Numbered from the stretch's first letter, positions 18,225-27,562 are shown. The stretch is DNA of 33,895 nucleotides from Actinomycetota bacterium (GCA_009886115.1 VFJJ01000204.1:1-33895); one strand, 5' to 3'. A program made the numbers and translations. The notes: generated by a model not told the origin, from the sequence alone.

Positions 18225-18833
18225 TCAGAACGCCGGGAACTCGATGTTGGCGAACCACCAGGCCGATGACGTGGCCCAGACCACCACGAGGGTCGTGAAG
18301 GTGATGCTCCCGACGAGCGGCAGCGTCCAGCCCGGGAGTCGCTTGCTGCGCAGCGCCAGCATCTTGGTGGCGAAGACACCGTAGAACAGGCACCCGAACA
18401 CCGAGTGGGCGGCCCGGCGGAGATCGCCCTCGCCGTCGCCGCTCTTGGTGTTGAAGCCGATCGACCAGAGGCAGTGGTACGCCACCGGGATCGAGAGAAC
18501 GAAGGCGACGGTCCCCGACCAGCGGTGCGCGGCCCCGATCCACTTCGGCGCCTTGGCCTTCACGCCGGGGAGCTTGCCCCACATCCACAGGGCCGATGCA
18601 ACCTGGAACAGGGCGGCCAGGAAGGCCAACGTGCCCAACCACACCTTCATGCTCACCATGGCGCTCGTGACGTCGGTGCCCGAGAAGCCCAGCTTGAAGA
18701 TCTCGCGCCCCGACGGGTCGTGGTTGGCGCCCCACACACCGAGCAGGACGGCCAGCGCGGCGCCGATCCCGAAGATCAACAGCATCTCGGTGCTCTTGGG
18801 GGGCGACTGCGGAGTTGCGGTGGGGGCGGCCAT
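18225..18833 (-). CDS. Multi-pass membrane protein with intramembrane His residues (DUF6529-like)
   Basis: AAGGAG RBS, about 5 hydrophobic helices, motifs SMKVWL, HRWSG, AYHCL, HSVFGCLFYG.F..K and WATSSAWWF. Confidence 0.75.
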   Translation of the reverse strand: MAAPTATPQSPPKSTEMLLIFGIGAALAVLLGVWGANHDPSGREIFKLGFSGTDVTSAMVSMKVWLGTLAFLAALFQVASALWMWGKLPGVKAKAPKWIGAAHRWSGTVAFVLSIPVAYHCLWSIGFNTKSGDGEGDLRRAAHSVFGCLFYGVFATKMLALRSKRLPGWTLPLVGSITFTTLVVVWATSSAWWFANIEFPAF

Positions 18834-18969
18834 CGAGTGTCTCCTTGCGGTGGGTCCCGGCACGCGGGAGCATGGTCGATCACGGTGTACGGAGCAAGTG
18901 CCGTCGGCGTTCAGCGAAAAACTCCCGGGCCCGATGAACCATGGGGCTCCCCGTTCCGTAGGAAGGTCC

Positions 18970-19341
18970 ATGAAAAAGCTCACGCCGACCCTCGCCATCT
19001 GTTCTACGGCCTTCCTCGTGGCTGTCGTCTCGGCCGGCGTCGGTTGGGGCGCCGGGAAGGGGACGACGGTCTACGGCGGCGCCGACACCATCGGGATCGC
19101 CGGATTCGTCTACGGACCCGACCCCCTGATCGTCACGCCAGGCTTCACCGTGAACGTGAACAACGGTGACGGCGTCCCGCATTCGGTCTCGGCCGACGAC
19201 GGGAGCTTCAACAGCGGGATACTCGGCGCCAACGCGAAGGGCTCGTTCGTAGCCCCCACCGCACCCGGCGCGTACACGTACTTCTGCGAGGTGCACCCCG
19301 GCGACAGCCGGATGCACGGCACGCTCCAGGTCAGCGGCTGA
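18970..19341 (+). CDS. Secreted cupredoxin (plastocyanin-like blue copper protein)
   Basis: Signal peptide MKKL..., N.DGVPHSV and YTYFCEVHPGDSRMHG give the type-1 copper ligands H, C, H, M. Confidence 0.88.
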   Translation: MKKLTPTLAICSTAFLVAVVSAGVGWGAGKGTTVYGGADTIGIAGFVYGPDPLIVTPGFTVNVNNGDGVPHSVSADDGSFNSGILGANAKGSFVAPTAPGAYTYFCEVHPGDSRMHGTLQVSG

Positions 19342-19353
19342 GCAGACTTCTCG

Positions 19354-19400
19354 TTCTTTGCGTCTCAGACCGCGCCCGGCGCGGTCGTAGACGCAAAGAA
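19354..19400. repeat. 47-bp palindrome, REP-like element copy 2
   Basis: TTCTTTGCGTCTCAGACCGCGCC-C-GGCGCGGTCGTAGACGCAAAGAA (2 mismatches between arms), between convergent genes. Confidence 0.85.
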
Positions 19401-19414
19401 CCGGCTGCGCTTGC

Positions 19415-20140
19415 TCACGTCCTCCAGACGGTCTCCGTGGCGGTCACCGACCAGGTGCCCTTCATCGTGAGGAAGTTGGCGATGTCCTCCTGCACGATGC
19501 CGGGGCTGGTGTCGTTCAGGTACATGCGGTGCTGGAGATCGTCGAGCGACTCGAAGTGCAGCTCGGCGAAGGTGTCGACGGGCGGCGCGTCGGGCGTGAG
19601 ACCCTGGGTGACGAAGTTCTGGCAGTACCGCCACACGCCCACGTGCTGCACCCTGGTCAGGGGGCCGTGGCCGCCCGCATAGTGCCGACGGTGCTCGGCC
19701 GGGCTCTGGCCTTCCAGCCGGGCCACCGCCGACATGCGCTTGTGGCCCGTTGATGGCTGCCCGTCGGGCCAGTCGCGTTGGTAGTCCCAGTGCTCGACCT
19801 CGTCGACGACGTAGGCCTGCATGGCACCGAACAGCCCGGCGGCGTCCTCGGCCAGGGCCCGTCCGGCGGCTGGAGAGCTGAACAGCCGGGCCGGGTCGGT
19901 GAAGTCGGCGAGGTCGTCGAACCACTGGAAGGTGATGGCGTCGGCCCGTGAAGGACGGGGTTCGTTCCCGGTTCCCGCGACCAGGAGGGCGTTGGTCTCG
20001 TCGCATTGGTTCACGACGTATCGCCGCAGGCCGGCCATCCCCTCGAGCGCCAGCGGGACGTGGACGTCGCGGTAGTGGGCGACGAATTCGTCGTGGCTCA
20101 GGGCGGGATTCCGCTTCAGCACCAGCGCGAGCTTGATCAT
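19415..20140 (-). CDS. EthD-domain protein (two tandem EthD-like domains)
   Basis: MIKL..VLKRNPALSHDEFVAHYRDVHVPL...RYVVN, repeated as HKRM..VAR..GQSPAEHRRHY...HGPL...RYCQN. Confidence 0.82.
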   Translation of the reverse strand: MIKLALVLKRNPALSHDEFVAHYRDVHVPLALEGMAGLRRYVVNQCDETNALLVAGTGNEPRPSRADAITFQWFDDLADFTDPARLFSSPAAGRALAEDAAGLFGAMQAYVVDEVEHWDYQRDWPDGQPSTGHKRMSAVARLEGQSPAEHRRHYAGGHGPLTRVQHVGVWRYCQNFVTQGLTPDAPPVDTFAELHFESLDDLQHRMYLNDTSPGIVQEDIANFLTMKGTWSVTATETVWRT

Positions 20141-20224
20141 CGCCCGTACGCTACGACCCGGCTGTCCCGGTGCGCCCGCGGACGGCCGTACCAATGACAC
20201 GACTCGATCCCAGGAGCACCTGCC

Positions 20225-20680
20225 ATGGCCCTCTCGCTGCAAGAGCTCTCAGACCGCATGGAGATCAACGACCTCATCGTCCGGTACTCGACCGCCGTCG
20301 ATCGCCGCGACTGGGACCTCTACGAGACCCTCTTCACCGACGACGCCACCATCGACTACACCGAAGCGGGCGGTATCAAGGGCGACCGTCTGACGGTGAG
20401 GAACTGGCTGGCCGAGGTCATGCCCAACTTCCCGGGTTTCCAGCACATGATCTCGAACTCCGAGGTCACCCTGGCCGGCGACACCGCGTCCGGACGCACG
20501 ATGCTCTTCAACCCCATGGTGCTGGCCAAGCCCGAGGGGGGCACCCACGTGGCGTTCGTCGGGCTCTGGTACAACGACCATTTCGTGCGGACGGCCCAAG
20601 GGTGGAAGTTCGCGTCGCGCTACGAGGAAGTCAGTTGGATGCACAACTGGCCCGAGGACTTCGCCGTCCCCTCGACGTGA
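20225..20680 (+). CDS. SnoaL / NTF2-like domain protein
   Basis: AGGAG RBS; LSDRMEINDLIVRYSTAVDRRDWD..F..DA..DY, QHMISN and GLWYNDHFVRT..GWK. Confidence 0.88.
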   Translation: MALSLQELSDRMEINDLIVRYSTAVDRRDWDLYETLFTDDATIDYTEAGGIKGDRLTVRNWLAEVMPNFPGFQHMISNSEVTLAGDTASGRTMLFNPMVLAKPEGGTHVAFVGLWYNDHFVRTAQGWKFASRYEEVSWMHNWPEDFAVPST

Positions 20681-21600
20681 GCGACCAGGGCTCCTCGCCA
20701 CCAGACACGCCAGACACGCCAGACACACCAGAAATGCCGGACACGCCGGTCACTCCCCCGGTCGTCCCGGCGCCCGCGCCTGCGCCGCGACCTCGTCGTC
20801 ATGATCGAGTGTTCGGGGCCCTCCTCGGTCTGGCGGTCGGCGACTCGTTGGGAGCCACGGTCGAGTTCATGGATCCCGCGGCGATCAGGGCCGTCCACGG
20901 CCTGCACCGCGAGATCATCGGGGGTGGGGTGGCGCTGTGGCCCGCCGGCCTCCCGACCGACGAGACCGCGTTCGTGCTCAACGTGATCAAGGTCTACGGC
21001 GCCGGCTTCTCGATCGACGCCGTGGTCGCGGCCCACCGGGCGTGGGAGAGCGCCGGGCCGCGAGATCCGGGGCGCAGCACCGGCTCGGCTGGCCTGCTTC
21101 GAGCGATCGCCGCCGGCCTGGTCCAGCGCGATCCCGACGAGCGTGCCGGCGACGCGGCCGCGCTGTCGAGGATCTCGCACCCACAACCCGGTGACGTCGA
21201 TGCGGCGGTCGCCATCGCCGATCTGGTGGCCCATCTGGTCGGGGGGGTCGGGGCCGACACGGCCGTCGAGCTCGTGCTCCAAGACTCGCCCATCCGCAAG
21301 CGGGTACGTGATCTCGTGGGTGCGGCGCTGGTCGTCGACCCGGCGCGATTGCCGACCTCGGGCTCGGCTTCCGACACCCTCCAGGTCGGCGTGTGGGCCG
21401 TCGTCCAGGACGCCAGCTTCGAGGACGCCCTGGTGAGGATCGTCAACCGCGGGGGCGACGCCGATGCGTGCGGTGCCGTTGCCGGCTGCCTCATGGGCGC
21501 TCGCGACGGAACGGCGCCCATCCCCCGGCGTTGGCGCGACGCGCTCGACACGACCGTCGTCGACACGTGCACGAAGCTCGCGCTCACCGTCCCAGCCTGA
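20677..21600 (+). CDS. ADP-ribosylglycohydrolase family protein (divergent)
   Basis: GTGA overlap; GALLGLAVGDSLGATVEF, PTDE, SH and NRGGDADACGAVAG..GA..G...IP..W. Pro-rich (PDT)n N-terminus. Confidence 0.85.
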   Translation: MSDQGSSPPDTPDTPDTPEMPDTPVTPPVVPAPAPAPRPRRHDRVFGALLGLAVGDSLGATVEFMDPAAIRAVHGLHREIIGGGVALWPAGLPTDETAFVLNVIKVYGAGFSIDAVVAAHRAWESAGPRDPGRSTGSAGLLRAIAAGLVQRDPDERAGDAAALSRISHPQPGDVDAAVAIADLVAHLVGGVGADTAVELVLQDSPIRKRVRDLVGAALVVDPARLPTSGSASDTLQVGVWAVVQDASFEDALVRIVNRGGDADACGAVAGCLMGARDGTAPIPRRWRDALDTTVVDTCTKLALTVPA

Positions 21601-21642
21601 CGGCCGCTCCACCACTCGGCGTCGGGGCCCAGCGACCATGCA

Positions 21643-21688
21643 CCGTGACGAGCACCGTGGGAGCGCCGTGACGAGCGCCGTGGGAGCG
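21643..21688. repeat. 2 x 23-bp tandem repeat CCGTGACGAGC(A/G)CCGTGGGAGCG between convergent genes
   Basis: Read directly, one mismatch between copies. Confidence 0.8.
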
Positions 21689-21689
21689 A

Positions 21690-22517
21690 CTACTCCCGGG
21701 CCGGCATCGGGATGGCCGAGAGGTCGATCTGGCCCGTCACCATGGCGCCGAGGAAACCGCCGTCGGTATGGAGCGCCTCGCCGTTCACGTAGGACATGTG
21801 CGGGCTGTTGAGCATCACCATGGGCCAGGCCTGCTCGGCCGCGGTCGAACGCCGGGCGATCGGACCGATGAACGCATCGATGAGGGCCGCGCCGTTGGCC
21901 TCCTCGAAGAACGGCATCATCGCGGTCGTGGTCGGCCCGGGGTTGATGCAGTTGATGCGCTTGCCCTCACGGATGAGCGAGGCTCCCCGCCAGGCCACCC
22001 AGGCGTTGATCACCTTCTTCGAGGTTCCGTAGCCATTGCCCGCGTACATCGACGGGTTGGCCTCGAGCCAGGCCTTGGCGGCGTCGAAGCCGTCGGTCGT
22101 GACGAGCGGCATGAGCGTCGCCAACTCCTGCTGCCAGCCCAGGCCGGCGTTGGAGGCCACGAAGCACGCCGCCCCGTTGGCCGCCATGTTGGGCACGATC
22201 GACTCGATGAGATGCCGGCCGCCGGCGAAGTTCACCAGCATCACGTCGAGGTCGGAGAACGGCGGCCCGGGAAGGCCGGCGCAATTGAACACGCCGAGGA
22301 CATCGGCGCCGACCGCCGCGGCCGCCTGCTCGATCGCGGATCGGTCACGCAGGTCGACCTCGAGGCTCTTGGCCCCCGACGTGGTCGTCGCCTTGACGTC
22401 GAGGCCGTAGACCTCGGCCCCGAGGCTCACCAGGATCTCGGTCGCAGCTTGGCCCATCCCCGACGCCGACCCGGTGACGACCACCCGCCGGCCGTCGTAT
22501 CCCAACACGTCGCCCAT
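21690..22517 (-). CDS. SDR oxidoreductase (coniferyl alcohol / 3-alpha-hydroxysteroid dehydrogenase-like subgroup)
   Basis: VTGSASGMG, NCAG, an inserted segment before YGTSK, INCINPG and TDGG. Confidence 0.9.
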   Translation of the reverse strand: MGDVLGYDGRRVVVTGSASGMGQAATEILVSLGAEVYGLDVKATTTSGAKSLEVDLRDRSAIEQAAAAVGADVLGVFNCAGLPGPPFSDLDVMLVNFAGGRHLIESIVPNMAANGAACFVASNAGLGWQQELATLMPLVTTDGFDAAKAWLEANPSMYAGNGYGTSKKVINAWVAWRGASLIREGKRINCINPGPTTTAMMPFFEEANGAALIDAFIGPIARRSTAAEQAWPMVMLNSPHMSYVNGEALHTDGGFLGAMVTGQIDLSAIPMPARE

Positions 22518-22702
22518 GACCGCCTCGCCTTCCCGGCGCACGGAGCGCCGCATCGTCAACTCCCAGAGTGCTCGTGAGACGAAACTACCCGTGTCGCGTC
22601 GCTCGCCGCTCGCAGGCAACAGCCCGGGGGCGAGCCACCTGCGCGCGCCCCACGAAGACCGCCGCATTGCGCGCACCCGTCCGGGTCGGGCAGCGTGCAG
22701 CC

Positions 22703-25027
22703 ATGGTGTCCACGAGCGATCACGAGACGCACGGCAGCATCCTCGGAACGCGCGTCCTGCGTATCGAGGACCCCCGCTTCATCACCGGCCAGGGCAGCTA
22801 CATCGCCGGCTTGCGGCTCGACGGTGCCGCGCACGTGGTCTACGTGCGCTCGACGATGGCCCATGCCCGGGTGAGCGCCATCGACGTGCGTGCAGCCGCG
22901 GCCGCGCCCGGCGTGGTCGCCGTGTACACCGCTGCCGATATCACCGACCTCCCGCCGGCGCCTCCGACCGTCGGGTTCGCCAACGCGGCCATGAAGCGGC
23001 CGTTCCTGGCCAGTGGCGTGGTGCGCTTCGTCGGCGAGCCGGTGGTGGCCATCGTCGCCGAGACCTACGCGCAGGGGCTCGACGCGGCCGATCTGGTGAT
23101 CGTCGACTACGACGCGCTCCCCGTGGTCGTCGATGTGGGCGATGCCGCTCGCGACGAGGTGCTCCTGTTCCCTGAGGCCGGGACCAACGTGGCGGCCGAC
23201 TTCCCCGCCACGGGCACCCAGGGGCCCGTCGACGACCTGTTCGAGGGCTGCGAGATCGTCGTCGAAGCGCGCATGATCAACAACCGCATGGCCGTGGCGC
23301 CCATCGAGCTGCGGGCGTGCGTGGCGGTGTGGGACGGTACCCGGCTCACGCAGTGGTCGTGCTCCCAGGGCGCCCACAACGCCCGGAACGGCATCGCGGC
23401 CCGGCTGGGTCTCACCCCCGAGCAGGTGCGCGTGATCACGCCCGATGTGGGCGGCAGCTTCGGAGGCAAGCAGGGCACCTACGCCGAGGAGATCCTCGTC
23501 GGATGGCTCGCCATCCGCCTCGGCCGACCGGTGCGCTGGACCGAGTCGCGCAGCGAGCACATGCAGGCCTTCGTGCACGGTCGCGGGCAGGTGCAGCACG
23601 CCAAGCTGGGCGGTACCCGGGCCGGACGGCTGCTCGCCTACCAGCTCCATGCCGTGCAGGACTGCGGCGCGTACCCCTCGAGCTTCGGGGCCTTGATGCC
23701 CATGTTCACCCGGCTCATGGCCAGCGGGTGTTACGACATCGCTCGGATCTCGGCGAGCGGGCAGGCCATCCTCACGAACACCTCGCCCATGGGTGCGTTC
23801 CGAGGGGCGGGCCGTCCCGAGGCGACCGCGGCGATCGAGCGGATGGTCGATCTGTTCGCGGCCGAAGCCGGGCTCGATCCGGTCGACGTGCGGCGGCGCA
23901 ATCTCCTGAAGCCCGACGACTTCCCGTACACGACGCCAACGGGGGCGAGCTACGACTGTGGGGCCTACGAGGCAGCCCTCGACAGCGCTCTCGACGCGGC
24001 CGGCTACGCCGAGCTGCGCGCCGAGCAGGCGCGCCGCCGAGCGTCGAACGCCACCAAGCTGCTCGGGATCGGCCTGGCGAGCTACGTCGAGATCACCAAC
24101 CCCATGGCCGGAGGGGAGTTCGGTGCCGTCGCCGTGCACGCCGACGGCACCGCCACGATCCGCACCGGCGTCTCGCCCCACGGCCAGGGCCACGCCACGG
24201 CGTTCGCCATGATCGTCAGTGACGCCACGGGAATCCCGATGGGATCGATCGATCTCGTGTACGGCGACACCGACACCGTGCCGAGGGGAGGCGGCACCGG
24301 AGGGTCGAGGTCGTTGCAAGCGGGTGGCACGGCGGTGAGCGCGGCGACGATCGCCCTGGTCGAGCTGGCCCGCCAGCGTGCCGCTGAGGTGTTGGAGGCC
24401 AACCTCGACGACGTGGTGCTCGACAGCTCGGTCGTCGGAGGCGCGTTCCACGTCGTCGGGACGCCGACGGTCAACGTGTCGTGGGCAGCGCTGGCGTCGT
24501 CCGACGCGTCGGGCGACGGGTACCTCGAAGCCGAGGCCGACTTCAAACCCGACGGGGCCACGTTCCCCTTCGGGGCCCACGTCGCGGTGGTCGAGGTCGA
24601 TCGCGAGACGGGGGAGGTCGAGCTGATCCGCCTGGTCGCCGTCGACGACGCCGGACGCATCCTCAACCCGTTGCTGTTGGAGGGTCAGATCCACGGCGGC
24701 CTGGCCAGCGGGGTCGCCCAGGCTCTGTACGAGGAGATCCGCTTCGACACCGATGGCAACCCGCTCACGTCGAGCTTCGCCGACTACTCGATCATCTCCG
24801 CGGCCGAGCTCCCCAGCTTCGAGCTCGTCGAGATGGAGACCCCGACGCCCATGAACCCCTTGGGCGCCAAGGGCATCGGGGAGTCAGGAAGTGTCGGGTC
24901 GACGCCGGCCGTCCAGAACGCCGTCATCGATGCCCTGGCGCACCTGGGGATCCGCCATCTCGATCTGCCCCTCACGCCGCAGCGCGTCTGGACGGCCCTG
25001 GCCGCGCTCCCGCCGCCGGCCGGGTGA
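22703..25027 (+). CDS. Xanthine dehydrogenase-family molybdopterin-binding large subunit (CoxL form II-like)
   Basis: RIEDPRFITGQG, VGGSFGGK, AFRGAGRPEA, HGQGHAT, GQIHGG and GAKGIGESG motifs. Confidence 0.93.
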   Translation: MVSTSDHETHGSILGTRVLRIEDPRFITGQGSYIAGLRLDGAAHVVYVRSTMAHARVSAIDVRAAAAAPGVVAVYTAADITDLPPAPPTVGFANAAMKRPFLASGVVRFVGEPVVAIVAETYAQGLDAADLVIVDYDALPVVVDVGDAARDEVLLFPEAGTNVAADFPATGTQGPVDDLFEGCEIVVEARMINNRMAVAPIELRACVAVWDGTRLTQWSCSQGAHNARNGIAARLGLTPEQVRVITPDVGGSFGGKQGTYAEEILVGWLAIRLGRPVRWTESRSEHMQAFVHGRGQVQHAKLGGTRAGRLLAYQLHAVQDCGAYPSSFGALMPMFTRLMASGCYDIARISASGQAILTNTSPMGAFRGAGRPEATAAIERMVDLFAAEAGLDPVDVRRRNLLKPDDFPYTTPTGASYDCGAYEAALDSALDAAGYAELRAEQARRRASNATKLLGIGLASYVEITNPMAGGEFGAVAVHADGTATIRTGVSPHGQGHATAFAMIVSDATGIPMGSIDLVYGDTDTVPRGGGTGGSRSLQAGGTAVSAATIALVELARQRAAEVLEANLDDVVLDSSVVGGAFHVVGTPTVNVSWAALASSDASGDGYLEAEADFKPDGATFPFGAHVAVVEVDRETGEVELIRLVAVDDAGRILNPLLLEGQIHGGLASGVAQALYEEIRFDTDGNPLTSSFADYSIISAAELPSFELVEMETPTPMNPLGAKGIGESGSVGSTPAVQNAVIDALAHLGIRHLDLPLTPQRVWTALAALPPPAG

Positions 25028-25091
25028 GTCCGGCCGCTCCCCGCCCACCAGCCCCCACCACTCGCGAGTACCCACGGTCGGCGAGCGAGGC

Positions 25092-25991
25092 TCAGCGGTC
25101 GTCGAGCACGGCGGCGAGGGTCCGCGCTCCGATCGCGTGCATGGCCGGGTTATCGGCCGAGCTGGCGAGGATGGCCAGCGCGATCGCCAGCGCCGAGGCT
25201 CTGGAGCGGGCCCAGGTGTCGTCGTCGATCGGGTCGGAGGCGTTCGCCGCGGCACGGCGGAAGCTCGGTCTGGCCTCGGGCGGAAGCATCATCCACGCCA
25301 CAGAAAGGTCAGACGCCGGATCACCCGCGCACACGTCACCGAAGTCGATCACACCCGACACCCGTCCCTCATCGACGAGGATGTTCATCGGGTGCATGTC
25401 GCCGTGCAGCCACACCGCTGGCCCCGACCACGGCGCCACCCCGACGAGCTCGTCCCATGCGGCGAGCACCGCCGGCCCGTCGACGAGATCGCCAAGCTGC
25501 TCAATCCGTTGGCGAGCAGCGGCGGCGCGCTCCGTCAGGGGCACACCGCGGTAGGGGTTCGTGGGGGCGTCGGCGGGTGCCGGCTGGTGCATCGCTGAGA
25601 GGAAGCCACCCAGCGCTAGGGCGGCGGCCACCGGATCGTTGGGCGGGGTGAGGGCCGCCGGGGACCCGGGGAGCCATGGGCAGATGCTCCACGACCAGGG
25701 GTAGCCATAACCGGGCCGGCCGATCCTGACCGGGACGGGCGTCGGCAGCGGCAGCCTCGGCGCCAGGACCGGGAGCCAACGCTGCTCGTCCTCGACGAGC
25801 GGCGCGGCCAGCGCCCGGCGCGGCAGACGCACCGCGAGCTCATCACCCAGGCGGAACATCACGTTGTCCCAACCCGACGCCACCTCGACCAGCGCCAGCC
25901 CGGCCAGGTCGGGATGCTGCTCCGCCAGCAGAGCCCGGACCAGCGCCCCGTCGATGTCGACCTCAGCAGCGGGCGTCGGGGCGGTCGTCAT
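25092..25991 (-). CDS. Aminoglycoside phosphotransferase (APH / choline kinase-like) family protein
   Basis: SGWDN, VRLPR, EQRWL, WLHGDMHPMN and IDFGD...GDPA.DL motifs. Confidence 0.9.
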   Translation of the reverse strand: MTTAPTPAAEVDIDGALVRALLAEQHPDLAGLALVEVASGWDNVMFRLGDELAVRLPRRALAAPLVEDEQRWLPVLAPRLPLPTPVPVRIGRPGYGYPWSWSICPWLPGSPAALTPPNDPVAAALALGGFLSAMHQPAPADAPTNPYRGVPLTERAAAARQRIEQLGDLVDGPAVLAAWDELVGVAPWSGPAVWLHGDMHPMNILVDEGRVSGVIDFGDVCAGDPASDLSVAWMMLPPEARPSFRRAAANASDPIDDDTWARSRASALAIALAILASSADNPAMHAIGARTLAAVLDDR

Positions 25992-26069
25992 CGGTCGATC
26001 AGGCTAGGCCGAAGTTGAGTAGGCGTCGCGTTGCCGGTCGACGGCCCGCCGCGTGAGGCGGCGCGTCGC

Positions 26070-27329
26070 CTATCCCTGTCTGCTGGGCGGCCGCCAGAGC
26101 GTGCTGATGGGAAGGGCCCAGATTCGGTCGTCGATCTCGAAGGGCAGCCCCCCGCTGTAGAGCAGCGCTCCGAACCTGAAGGTGTCTCCGATCCGGTCGC
26201 GGAGCCACATCAGCCCTCTGGCATCGCCCCGATCGACGCTGGTGGATGACTTGACCTCGACGCCGACGATCGCACCTGGGCGCTCGAGAACGATGTCAAC
26301 CTCTTTCCCGTCACGATCGCGAAGGTGAAAAAGGGCGGTGTTGACGGCGACGGTTTCGATGTACGTGAGCAGCTCTGACACAACGAACGTCTCGAAGAGT
26401 TGCCCCACGAGCGCGACGTCGCGTCCCAGTGTCTGGTCGTCGACGTTGAGGAGGTGCGCTGCCATTCCGGGATCGACCACATGAATCTTCGGGGACCGCG
26501 TGAGACGGTGAAGGCGTGTGGTGTGCCAGGCCGGCACACGTGCGATGACCGACAGGTCTTCCAGCAACCCGAGATAGGCGTCCGCGGTACGGAAATCGAC
26601 GGACGCGTCATTGGCTGTCGCTTGCTTGTTGAGCTCCTGACCTGTCCGCGCGACGCTCGATTCGAGAACTGCTCGCAGCTTCGTCCCCGCGATCGTTCGC
26701 CCAGAGATCTGCGATGCATCGCGTTCGATGAGCTGTTCGACGTAGGCCCCGAACCACCGGCCGCGGTTGCGCCCACGCAGCTTCTGCACCGCGGGAAACC
26801 GTCCGGCAACGATCATCGAGAGGTAATCGTTGCGACGATATTCCGACTGCTGAAAACGCTGACGACCCGGCTCGAAGATGGCATCGATGGGGTTGTAGTC
26901 GTCGCGCCGTTCTCGCTCGGCCTGGGTCAGGCCGAGCATGCGGACCCGAATGAGGCGACCGGTGCCCGGCCAGGTTGCTGCCTGGTGGGCGGCGCGAACG
27001 GAACCCGTGACGATGAACCGTCCAACCCGGCCCGCCCGGTCGCCATCCACGGCGCGCTTGATCGCGCCGAGGATCTCCGGGACCTCCTGCCACTCGTCCA
27101 CCAGAACGGTGCCCTTCGACGTAGCCAGAATCCCGTCGGGGTCTTCCGACGCGGCGAGGCGAGTCCCAGGTTCGGAGAGATCGATCACGGTGTCAGCGAA
27201 CTGGGTCATCGAGGTCGACTTCCCGCAGCCGCGAGGGCCGACGACCATGATCGCCGGGAAAGCCGGCAGGAGCTCGTTGGCGATCAACCGATCGATGCTG
27301 CGGGGATAGAGCTTCTCAGGCATCGACAC
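26070..27329 (-). CDS. AAA_14-type ATPase with C-terminal DUF4143 (PD-(D/E)xK-like) domain
   Basis: GPRGCGKST Walker A, VDEWQ Walker B, TGS, PKIHVVDPG, FETFV..EL and EVDIV...EVKS. Confidence 0.9.
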   Translation of the reverse strand: MSMPEKLYPRSIDRLIANELLPAFPAIMVVGPRGCGKSTSMTQFADTVIDLSEPGTRLAASEDPDGILATSKGTVLVDEWQEVPEILGAIKRAVDGDRAGRVGRFIVTGSVRAAHQAATWPGTGRLIRVRMLGLTQAERERRDDYNPIDAIFEPGRQRFQQSEYRRNDYLSMIVAGRFPAVQKLRGRNRGRWFGAYVEQLIERDASQISGRTIAGTKLRAVLESSVARTGQELNKQATANDASVDFRTADAYLGLLEDLSVIARVPAWHTTRLHRLTRSPKIHVVDPGMAAHLLNVDDQTLGRDVALVGQLFETFVVSELLTYIETVAVNTALFHLRDRDGKEVDIVLERPGAIVGVEVKSSTSVDRGDARGLMWLRDRIGDTFRFGALLYSGGLPFEIDDRIWALPISTLWRPPSRQG

Positions 27330-27426
27330 ACCACGGCGATGGCGCGATGAGGGTGCGACAGTTACGAATCATCGTCACCCTCGATCAACGAGCACGCTCT
27401 GGTACATGATCTGCCGAGCATACAAG

Positions 27427-27486
27427 CCAGTGATTGTCGGACTATGAATCCAGTGATTGCCGGACCTCGAATCCAGTGATTGCCGA
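27427..27486. repeat. About 2.6 direct repeats with 23-bp period (core CCAGTGATTG) upstream of the ATPase gene
   Basis: Copies start at 27427, 27450 and 27473. Confidence 0.8.
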
Positions 27487-27562
27487 GCGTGAGAACTCGC
27501 CAGCTTCCAACGCCTCACCCCCGAACGCGCCCCCGACGCCTTGAGCCGTCAGGGGCGGTGCA

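Noticed and set aside
22703..25027. Aerobic CO dehydrogenase coxL (form I)
   Set aside because: Lacks the AYxCSFR motif (has AFRGAGR) and has no coxM/coxS neighbours.
25092..25991. Bona fide aminoglycoside resistance gene
   Set aside because: Only generic APH/kinase-fold motifs. Substrate cannot be inferred, and there is no mobile context.
27400..27490. CRISPR array
   Set aside because: 23-bp period with no unique spacers, and no cas genes in the window.
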